Origin: an uncultured Chloroflexia bacterium
GTDB taxonomy: Bacteria > Chloroflexota > Anaerolineae > JAAYZQ01
DNA length: 64,000 bases
Assembly: GCA_963700285.1 (NCBI GenBank)
Contig: CAVOXA010000010.1
Location: 1,952,001 to 2,016,000, forward strand
Reading direction: 5' to 3'
Shown: positions 1 to 8,241 of the stretch, in pieces
How positions within the stretch are numbered: the stretch's first letter is position 1
Layout: each line of letters begins with the position of its first letter
Notes under the pieces: generated by a model
Told to the model about the DNA's origin: nothing
The model's input: the letters and a program-made list of their open reading frames with translations, nothing else
Databases searched by the model: none
Position numbers and translations under genes: made by a program

Positions 1-288
1 ACCACGACGTCGCTCAACCTAATCCCACCCTGGCGCAGTTGGTCGACCAGAGGCGAAACCGCTTCGACCAGACCAAGCTGCTTTGCTTTCAGCAGGACGC
101 CCAAGGTTCCGGTCAGGGATAGGCCCAGCCTCTTTGCATGGCTCCTTGCCAGGCGCTCATCGATGATGACCAAGCCGGCTTCCATCTCCTGTGCCAGGGC
201 AATCACTTCAGCCTCGCCCCGATCCAGGTCCGAGAGGAGATCGGCTCGGCGTGGCATTCACCACTACCAGTTGAGGACGATCAGGCAC
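1..288 (-). pseudogene. DUF3368-family PIN-domain toxin, internally deleted, runs off window start
   Basis: GTG start overlaps the antitoxin stop. N-terminal 'MPDRPQLVVVNATP' joins out of frame to 'ADLLSDLDRGEAEVIALAQEMEAGLVIIDERLARSHAKRLGLSLTGTLGVLLKAK', typical of DUF3368. Confidence 0.8.
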
Positions 289-536
289 TGGCCAGATCCT
301 CAGCCAGTTCCTTGGGCTTCTGCCCTACAGGTGACAGACCGAAACGGGTCAATTCGAACATGAAAGCCACCCGGCTCATCCCTGCCAGTTCAGCAGCCAC
401 GCCGGTAGACACGCGGTCCTGTTCGTAGAGCTTTACTGCCAGCAGAAGCCGTGCTTCGTCCGCGAATTCCTGAGGGCTCTTTCAAAGAGAGCAACAAGTC
501 ATCCGGATACGGTATAGCCAGTATATTCGTTGCCAT
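281..536 (-). CDS. UPF0175-family antitoxin (one frameshift near 480)
   Basis: Manual translation MATNILAIPYPDDLLLSL/..SPQEFADEARLLLAVKLYEQDRVSTGVAAELAGMSRVAFMFELTRFG; adjacent to DUF3368. Confidence 0.8.
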
Positions 537-627
537 CACCGGTCACCTCCCTCTGACATTTTAGCCCTCGTCTTTGCAGCTGTCAACGTCCTTCGAGTAG
601 TCTGACAGTCCTGATGGGATTGCAGCC

Positions 628-2142
628 CTAGCCAAACATCGGCGCTAGCCGCCGGTAGAGCTCTAGATACTGGCTGTAGCCCTCCTGGTAGACGCTGGCC
701 TGGCCCGGATCCGGCTCGATGGTCTCCCCCAGGCGCACCATGTTGGCCACGCCCTCTTCCAGGCTGCTGAAGGCGCCGGTCGCCGTCGCCGCCATCAGCG
801 CCGCTCCCAAGCAGGCCGCGTCCTCAACCGCCACCGGCGTCAGTGGCTTTTGCAGCACGCTGGCCTTGATCTGCAGCCACAGCGCGCTCCGCGCCCCGCC
901 GCCCAGGCTGCGTACTTTCTGCACGGGGACGCCCAACTGCTCGACGATGTCCAGGTTCGCCTTCAGCATGTAGGCCACCGACTCGATGATGGCCCGGATG
1001 AAATGGGCCCTGGTATGCCGCAGTGTAGCCCCATAAAAGACGGCCCGTGCCGCTGGATTGAACTCGGGACAGGCCGCTCCCTCCAGGTGGGGCAGGACGA
1101 TCAAGCCCTCGGATCCGGCGGGAACCTGGGCGGCCGCGGCCATCATGAGGTCGTAGGCATCGAGGCCAGCCTCGCGAGCCACCCGAGTCTCCAGGTCAAA
1201 GAATTGGTCGCGGAACCAGCGCAAGGCCATGCCCGCCGTCTGGCCCCAGGGCAGCAGGCAGTAGGAGTCCTGCCTCGCGTGATAGTGGCACGGCACACGC
1301 CGCCGGGGGTCGCAGCGGGGCCGCTCCAGTGTGGCCAGGACGGCCAGCGCCCCTCCCGTCGTCTCGGTCACGATACCAGGGGCGATGTTTCCCGCACCCA
1401 CCGCACCAGCGGCCTGGTCCATGGCCCCGGTGACGGCCAGTGTCCTGGTGCTGAGCCCCGAGCGCCTCAGCACCCTCCCTGCTGAGCGGGCCTACCAACT
1501 GCCCCCGGCTCCATCAGCCGGCCCATGTTTTCGGGGGACAGCCCAATGGCGTCCAACATCGGCTGCCACCAGGCTTTGCGCCGGATGTCCAGCATCAGGG
1601 ACAAAGTCTGCAGGGCCAATTCCGTGACGAACTGGTTCGTCAGCCGGTAGAGCAAATAGTCCTCAAGCAGCAGGAACCTGGCCGTCTGCTCAAAAGCCTG
1701 CGGCTCGTTGCGCTTTCAGCCACAGGATCTTGCAGGCGGGCCAGCCGGGCGCTACCTCAGGCTGGCCGGTGATGCGGTAGGTCTCTTCGATGTCGAACTG
1801 TTTTCCAAGCCACTCAGCTTCCTGCACCGCTCGGTTGTCCAGCCAGACGATGGCCCGGCGCGTAGGCCGGCCCTCACGGTCCACGGGAATCAGGGTCTCG
1901 CCCTGACTGGAGATGGCCAGGGCTTGGACCGAGTCCGCACCCAGGCCGCTGTGGCGCAGGGCATTTCGTACAGCGTTGCAAAGGGCCAGCCAGTACACCT
2001 CCGCATTCAGCTCAACCCAGGCAGGCGCCGGAGTCAGGAGCTGGTATTCTTGCCGGTCAAGCGCCAGCAGCCGGCCCTCCAGATCAAAGAGAGCGGCTTT
2101 GAGGGCGGTCGTCCCCGCGTCGATGCCCAGAAAAAGATCCAT
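628..2142 (-). CDS. FGGY-family carbohydrate kinase (xylulokinase-like), frameshifted
   Basis: N-terminal 'MDLFLGIDAGTTALKAALFD', 'AIVWLDNRA', C-terminal 'GGGARSALWLQIKA' and 'ACLGAALMA' spread over several frames. Confidence 0.88.
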
Positions 2143-2169
2143 GGTTGAAATGGCCTTGTAGGAGCTACG

Positions 2170-2202
2170 AGACTTCCAAAGTCTCGGAAGACTTCGGAAG
2201 TC
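2170..2202. repeat. Palindromic intergenic REP-like element
   Basis: GACTTCCAAAGTCT-CGGA-AGACTTCGGAAGTC imperfect inverted repeat between two genes. Confidence 0.65.
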
Positions 2203-2213
2203 GAGGTTGGCAT

Positions 2214-3581
2214 CTATACCACTTTGATGCCCAGAAGCTGGCACAGGTCTGCCAGTTTCTGGCGATGGTCCCCGTAAGCGATGATATAGTGCTGGCCGTA
2301 GACCTTTTGCGCAAATTCGTCGACCGTGCAGTCGGGGATGAACTCGATGCTGGGCAACTGGGGCGCCGGCGGCAGCCAACCAGCCTCCTCCCAGGACCGC
2401 GGGGACACAGCCTCGCCGTGTACGATGTGCATCGTATAGCGGTCGCCCCGGCTGGCCAGGCGGCAGATGGTCGCTTCACCGGTCTTGACCTGGGAGATGT
2501 TCAGGATCCCGTCCTTTAGACCCCCGAAGCCCGGCCAGGGCAATACGCGTACCGGTCCGTCAACGACTTCTGAGGGCACATAGTCGGGCACGCCCATCAA
2601 CAAGCGGTCGGTAAAGAACTCGTAAAACTCCAGGTAGGCGCCCACCTGCCCCGTCAGATAGCGGACGATGAGCTGCGTTACGGCGCCCAGCCCGTCGTTC
2701 TCGGGGATGGAGGCCACGCCGCCCTTGTCGGCCAGAAGGAGCAGGGGCAGGGCCGGCGGAAAGTGCAGCAGTTTCTTTACGCCGTCGACGTCCACCAGCG
2801 AGATTGCCTCGTAGCCCCGCTCGGCCACCTTTTCCATGACCGCCAGGTACATGCGCACGCCGGTCTCCAGCGCAGAGTCGGGGACCGGCTGCTCAAAGGT
2901 CCATTCGCTCTCGAGTTCGGCCACCACCTCGCTGACCCTGGCTCGGTCCAGGGAATCCATCGTTTGCACGACTTCCAGCATCTGAAAGACCTCGATGTCC
3001 GGTCCTACTACCCGGCGCAGCGAGACGCCGTCTACCAGCGTGCCATACAGGGTCATGTCACGGTAGCCCATGAACCCGATCTTGGCCTGCTTCAGCAGGG
3101 AGGTAGCCCGAGCTACTTCACCAAAAGCCTTGACCTTGTCGGCGGCGGCATATGGTGCGTCGACCGTGTCATAGACGTACTTGAAGTTGAACCCCAGTGC
3201 CTCCATCGGATCTCGGAGCGCCGTGGTACCGGCCTGGCCTGCGGTCGTCACCAACCGGCCGTTTTCCCTATGTCCGGTGAGACCCCACAGTACCATCGGC
3301 TTGTGGGCAAAATGACTGATGACGTCGATGACGGTGTGGGACGGGATCCAGCCCGCGACACAGACGACCAGCAGGTCAAAGTCCTGGCGCGACAGCTCCT
3401 CGATGGCCCGCAGCTCGTCCACCCGCTCCGGGTCGTCGCTGACCGGCGCCGTGGCCACCAGCTCCATGTCCCGCGCTTCCAGCGCCTGCCTGGCCTCCAG
3501 GCATTTCTGCTCGATCATCTCTCTCGGGCTATAGACCTCACCAAAGCCTACAAAGCCGGCCCTTATCTTTCGTGTGTTCAT
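2214..3581 (-). CDS. L-fucose/L-arabinose isomerase-like protein
   Basis: ~455 aa ORF with 'IPENDGLGAVTQL', 'GEATICRL' and C-terminal 'GQHYIIAYGD', typical of FucI-like family; GAGGAGG RBS. Confidence 0.72.
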   Translation of the reverse strand: MNTRKIRAGFVGFGEVYSPREMIEQKCLEARQALEARDMELVATAPVSDDPERVDELRAIEELSRQDFDLLVVCVAGWIPSHTVIDVISHFAHKPMVLWGLTGHRENGRLVTTAGQAGTTALRDPMEALGFNFKYVYDTVDAPYAAADKVKAFGEVARATSLLKQAKIGFMGYRDMTLYGTLVDGVSLRRVVGPDIEVFQMLEVVQTMDSLDRARVSEVVAELESEWTFEQPVPDSALETGVRMYLAVMEKVAERGYEAISLVDVDGVKKLLHFPPALPLLLLADKGGVASIPENDGLGAVTQLIVRYLTGQVGAYLEFYEFFTDRLLMGVPDYVPSEVVDGPVRVLPWPGFGGLKDGILNISQVKTGEATICRLASRGDRYTMHIVHGEAVSPRSWEEAGWLPPAPQLPSIEFIPDCTVDEFAQKVYGQHYIIAYGDHRQKLADLCQLLGIKVV

Positions 3582-3790
3582 GGCCATTCCTCCTCATTGA
3601 TAGCCGTCATCTGATGACCTTCAAAACGATGCTACTCGGGGCGAGAGACTGGCCGGGACATTTCTCCCAAAGTGGCTCAGGGCTGGGTGGCCGAACAGAT
3701 ACCAGATGGAGTGAAGGCAGTAAAGGTATGCAGTTCGCACTGGCTACCGGGCTCGTGCCGGAAGGTAGCGATCAGGGCCTCGTCCCTGGT

Positions 3791-5476
3791 CTAGTCCGCT
3801 ACCTCCAGATTCATGTCAGCCATCGGATGGGCGGCTCCGTCGGTCACGACATCCACTACGGCCGGTTTCTCCTGGTCAAGGGCTTGTTGGATGGCGTCCC
3901 GGATGTCCTCAGGCTGTTCCACCCGGATGCCGAAACATCCCATTTCCTCGGCGATTCTGGCAAAGTTGGTTTCCCGATACCGATAGGCAGCGTCAAGGTT
4001 GTGCCCGGGATGATCCTTGCCCGCGTTCTGGGCAAAGGGCGCAATCTGGCCAAGCATGCTGTTGTTGTTTACGATGGTGATGACCTGTATTCCCCACCGG
4101 CTGGCCGTCTCCAGCTCAGACAGGTGGTACCAGAGGGCGCCATCCCCGCAGAAGCAAAACACGGGCCTCTCGGGGGCGGCGCATTTTGCGCCGATTGCGG
4201 CCGGCAGGCTCCAGCCAAGCGAGCCGGCCGAACGGAGATATACCTGCTCCGGATGAGAGAAGTCGATCATGGTGCCCGACCAGATGGCCGAATAGCCCGT
4301 GTCCGCGACGAGGACGGCGTTCTCTGGCAGGATGTCCGCGATCTCTTTGCACAATCTCTCGGGCCGCACGGGTGCGGCATCCGAATCCCTTAGCGGCGCG
4401 ACGGCATCCCGCCATCTCTGGACAACCGCTTGGGCGTAGCGCACCCAGTCGCCCGGTTCACGCTGCGTGTCCAGACTGTTTAGGAGCGCCTGCAAGGTCT
4501 GCCTTGCGTCACCGACGAGGCCCATCGCTCCCGGATAGTTGCGGCCTATCTCTGCGGGATCGATGTCAAGCTGCAGGATACGCGTGCCTGTCGTGGGCAG
4601 CGTCCAGTTGCTGGTCACTTGATCCCCTGTCCCGCAACCGACGTAGAAGACCAGGTCGGCTTGAGAGACGATGTGGTTGGCGCAGGGTCGCCCGTACCCG
4701 CCAACAGGCCCGACAAACAGGGGGTGGCGGTCGGCCATCACGGCTTTGCCGTCAGGCGAGGCCGCGACAGGAATGGCCAAGCGCTCGGCCAACCGGACCA
4801 CCTGCTGGGCTGCCCCGGAGATGATGGCCCCTCGACCCACGACCATGACCGGTCTCTCTGCCTCCAGCAAGGCCTGGGTCGCTTGCCTCAGATCCCGCTC
4901 ATCGGGAACCGGCCTCCAGGCGGGATAGTACCTGTGCGCAGGCTCGACGACAACTTCTATCTCCCCCTCTGCTCCCTCCAGGAACTCACCAAAGAGACCC
5001 AGGACGTCGATGTGTACGGGCCCGGGAGCGGCTGTTGTCGCCTCGCGGAAGGCCTGGGGCAGGATGATGGGAAGTTGCTCCACAACGTCTACCTGAACAT
5101 TGTATTTGGTGAGGGTATCGTAGAGTGGATTGTGTAGGATCTCCTGGTAGGCATTGCGGTGTTGGTAGAGCAGTGGCTTGCTGCCGGTAACCGCGATGAC
5201 AGGCGAGTGGGCCAGATAGGCATCCTGCAAACCCGCGGCCAGGTTTGCAGCACCCACCGATTGGGCCATGCAGACGCCGGGCTTGCGGCTCATGCGTGCG
5301 TAGCCATCCGCCATGTAGGCAGCGGCTTTTTCCCCGTGCGTCACGATTCTCCGAATGCCCAGTCTCTCCATCTCGATCAGGCTCTTGGGGAGTATGATCT
5401 CCATATAGAAGACGTGCGTCACCCCATAGCCCTTCAACGTCTCGGCAATATGGCGTGCCCCTGTGATTCTAGACAC
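3791..5476 (-). CDS. Thiamine-diphosphate-dependent enzyme (acetolactate synthase-like)
   Basis: 'THGEKAAAYMADGYAR' and ThDP motif 'GDGALWYHLSELETASRWGIQVITIVNNN'; AAGGAGG RBS before GTG at 5476. Confidence 0.9.
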   Translation of the reverse strand: MSRITGARHIAETLKGYGVTHVFYMEIILPKSLIEMERLGIRRIVTHGEKAAAYMADGYARMSRKPGVCMAQSVGAANLAAGLQDAYLAHSPVIAVTGSKPLLYQHRNAYQEILHNPLYDTLTKYNVQVDVVEQLPIILPQAFREATTAAPGPVHIDVLGLFGEFLEGAEGEIEVVVEPAHRYYPAWRPVPDERDLRQATQALLEAERPVMVVGRGAIISGAAQQVVRLAERLAIPVAASPDGKAVMADRHPLFVGPVGGYGRPCANHIVSQADLVFYVGCGTGDQVTSNWTLPTTGTRILQLDIDPAEIGRNYPGAMGLVGDARQTLQALLNSLDTQREPGDWVRYAQAVVQRWRDAVAPLRDSDAAPVRPERLCKEIADILPENAVLVADTGYSAIWSGTMIDFSHPEQVYLRSAGSLGWSLPAAIGAKCAAPERPVFCFCGDGALWYHLSELETASRWGIQVITIVNNNSMLGQIAPFAQNAGKDHPGHNLDAAYRYRETNFARIAEEMGCFGIRVEQPEDIRDAIQQALDQEKPAVVDVVTDGAAHPMADMNLEVAD

Positions 5477-5493
5477 AGCTCCTCCTTTTTTGC

Positions 5494-5650
5494 TTATCCG
5501 CATTCCTCTGGCCGGTAGTATGCCTCTGAAATATTCCCCACAAACTGCGGCAGCTCTGGATGGCCCAGCATCTGCCGGATGGCGTGGGCTTCACCTGTGT
5601 GGAACCAGTAGTGGTATTGGTGCGCGCAGTTTGGGTATAGCATTCGCCCT
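5494..5650 (-). pseudogene. 3' remnant of a DinB-family paralog
   Basis: 'YHYWFHTGEAHAIRQMLGHPELPQFVGNIS' aligns with the C-terminus of the adjacent DinB ('DHYWYHLGEAHAIRQLLGHRDLPQFVGDMS'); no 5' part present. Confidence 0.8.
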
Positions 5651-5680
5651 GACCACGCGAATCGTACTGGCGGGGCTAGG

Positions 5681-6193
5681 CTAGACCGACTCGGGCTGGT
5701 ACGGGGCCTGTGACATGTCACCCACAAACTGCGGCAGGTCGCGGTGTCCCAGTAGCTGCCGGATGGCGTGCGCCTCTCCGAGATGGTACCAGTAGTGATC
5801 CACATTCCGCAGCAACATGGTACCGATGCTCTCTCGCCACGGCTCTCCCTTCCATTCCAGATGGGTCTGCAGCTTCTCTGTCGTCAGCGTGTCCAGGAAC
5901 TCATCGGCAGCTGACGTGACGGTCCGCCACGTTGCCCACATCTCGTCCAGAGGTGGGGTACTGGCAGGCCGTCCAGAGCCGACCAGATCGTTCAACTCGG
6001 GAGCCAGGTTCCGTCCCTGGGCTACTCTGACCCAGTAACCATGTTCCTGGTTGGCCAGGTGGCCGATGATCCAGCTAATACAGTTCATCGGTTCAAACCG
6101 GTGACGGGCCTCCTCATCTGTGACACCGTCCAGGCCACGTAGGAACTCGCTGCGGGTGAAACGCAATTGGGTGATCAAAGGATGGGTAGACAT
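5681..6193 (-). CDS. DinB-family protein
   Basis: 'NCISWIIGHLA' and 'HYWYHLGE' metal-binding His pattern; GAGGAG RBS. Confidence 0.85.
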   Translation of the reverse strand: MSTHPLITQLRFTRSEFLRGLDGVTDEEARHRFEPMNCISWIIGHLANQEHGYWVRVAQGRNLAPELNDLVGSGRPASTPPLDEMWATWRTVTSAADEFLDTLTTEKLQTHLEWKGEPWRESIGTMLLRNVDHYWYHLGEAHAIRQLLGHRDLPQFVGDMSQAPYQPESV

Positions 6194-6258
6194 GGCATTC
6201 TCCTCCTCTTGTCTTCCAGAACACTGGACCAGCGTGGAACCTTGGATCAAGGAGTTCC

Positions 6259-6287
6259 ATTATAGCTATCTTCGGGCCAGGAAGCAA
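6259..6287 (-). promoter_or_regulatory. Putative sigma70 promoter of the DinB gene
   Basis: TTGCTT-N17-TATAAT on the minus strand ~65 bp upstream of the start. Confidence 0.5.
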
Positions 6288-6433
6288 GCCCGGGTAGTCT
6301 ATTTGGAGTACACCACCCGCGTAGGAATCTTGCTTAGGGGTGGTGCTCATGCTGTCGGTTCAGCCCACTTCGAGTGCTATCTGGCATGTATCGTGCAGCG
6401 CACATCACAGTGCAGCGTCACGCCAGAACTCAG

Positions 6434-6472
6434 AAGGCATGGTTTGGACTTTCATGGTCCAAACCATGCCTT
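6434..6472. terminator. Strong hairpin / probable terminator
   Basis: Perfect 16-bp inverted repeat AAGGCATGGTTTGGAC-N7-GTCCAAACCATGCCTT at the 3' end of the lectin gene. Confidence 0.65.
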
Positions 6473-7660
6473 TGTTCTGCGTACCTTGGATGCAGTTGGG
6501 GTATAGGTGCCGATCGCGTGCACCCGCACCACTGCAATGGCGACGGGTACCTGCTCCTCTTGAGGTGGAGTGATGCTCCAGAGTTGATTCGCGCCACCAT
6601 GACAGTCCCACTGGATGATACGCGCTCCACTGCTTCCAGAAGCGCTGTGAACATCCAGACACTTGCCACTGTGGCTGGCAATGGACTTGTGGTAGCTGAC
6701 CACGGTCTCGAGACGCCACTGCTGGTTAGCGCCACCATGGCAGTCCGATTGGATTACAGGTGCTCCGTTGTCCCTAGAGGTACTGTGTACGTCCAGGCAT
6801 CTGCCGCTGTGCATGGCCACGATCCGGTAGTAGCTGCCCATTGGTTCCAGACGCTACTGCTGGTTGGCATTCCCGTGGCAATCCCACTGGATAACTGGCG
6901 CTCCGTTGCTCCCAGGTGCGCCATGCACATCGAGACATTTGCTGCTACGTCTGGCCGTGAGCCGATAGATCCTGGTACCGCCACCAGACCCACGGGTTAC
7001 CTGGATGGACGACGCCCGGTCGTGGCCGATAGCATCATTGCCCAGGTCGGCGTCGCTTCCGGTGAATGTTGAGCTGACTCCTTGGTAGTCATCGTGTTCG
7101 TAGAGGCTGGCCGTCCACTGCCCGACTATGCGGATGGAGGAAGCTGTATCGTTGCCGATGTGCCAGCCCCGAGGGTTGGATGAGTCCTCCGTGAACTTCT
7201 GGCAACGCCCCTGATAGTTGCTGTGCTCGTACAGGTAGACCCCCTCACCTCCGTCGCAATTGCTTGGCTCAGGCGCCCTCTCCCAGCGGAACTGGGCCAC
7301 AGCGTCACCGCCCCTCTCGAAATACTCCACTTTAATCGTATACTCCCCGCCGCTGACACTGCGCCGAACCGGGTGCTCAGTCGCGCCCTGATCCCACCAG
7401 GTGTTGATTATCAGGTAGTTGTCGAGCCACACCCTCATGCCGTCGTCCGTCCGGGCAATAAAGGTGTAGGTGCCTTGGGGGATGAGCGCCCGGCCTGTCC
7501 AGCGTACGGAAAAGTTGTCATTCGGCGCGCCCTGACCGGGACCCTAACCGCGCCAATCGTGGCTGACTGGCCAGCCCTCGCACCGAACCAACTGTGGAGC
7601 GCCTTGCAGAGAGTTGCTGGCAAAGTACTCGGCTCGGTACTGCCCAGAGCAATAGGTCGC
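6452..7660 (-). pseudogene. 5'-truncated PA14 + beta/gamma-crystallin + ricin-B lectin multidomain gene with two in-frame TAG stops
   Basis: One frame: PA14 'DNFSVRWTG..YTFIARTDDGMRVWLD..KVEYFERGG', crystallin 'VYLYEHSNYQG..NDTASSIRI', three ricin repeats 'KCLDV..VIQWDCHG.ANQQW'. TAG at 7544-7546 and 6854-6856. Confidence 0.82.
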
Positions 7661-7661
7661 A

Positions 7662-8013
7662 GTCGAAGCCAACGACACCAGCCCGATCTGGTCCCCGGAC
7701 GGCACTCAGGTGACCTTTGTCCGCCGCCAGCACGACCACTGGGAGATCGATGTGGTCAATGCCGATGGCAGCGGCCTCACCCGGCTGACAGATACACCGG
7801 CACTACCCGATGGGACAGTGGGCAACAGCGTCTCCCTGGCCTGGTTGCCGGACGGAAACTCTCGCCTTTCTCACCGACCAGAGCGGTGAGTGGGAGATCT
7901 GGGTCATAGGTCCCGATGGCGGCGATCCTGGGCCCTTGTTTGATAGCGAGTTGGATGGTTTGACGCTGGACTATGCCTTTGTCAGTGAGAGGGCCATCTC
8001 CTGGACTGACTGA
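7662..8013 (+). pseudogene. 3' fragment of a TolB/PD40 beta-propeller protein
   Basis: 'NDTSPIWSPDGTQVTFVRRQHDHWEIDVVNADGSGLTRLT' ... 'LAFLTDQSGEWEIWV'; no start; one frameshift. Confidence 0.75.
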
Positions 8014-8241
8014 AGCCACCTGCCTCTCTCCATTTCCAACACGCGACAGATCCTAGGGTTTCGGAAGAACCCAAGGCCTTGATACCAGGGCCAAGAGCCA
8101 CGTCCATGGAGAAAACTGGCTCAGGCGGTACCCATCGCAATGGAGATGACTGCTTGACTAAATGGCTTCTCCCGTGTAGACTGGGTCAACTATGGCAAAG
8201 AACGACTGAGCAGACGCTGTTGGTGTGTACAGGAGAAGCCA

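Noticed and set aside
6452-7660. Amber (TAG) recoding or pyrrolysine read-through in the PA14-ricin gene
   Set aside because: One TAG replaces the conserved ricin QxW Trp (TGG to TAG transition), the gene is 5'-truncated, and many intact genes in the window use TAG as a normal stop.
8020-8240. Moco/Tuco riboswitch upstream of the Mo enzyme (also checked 41850-42070)
   Set aside because: Could not match the consensus by eye; an Infernal scan would be needed.
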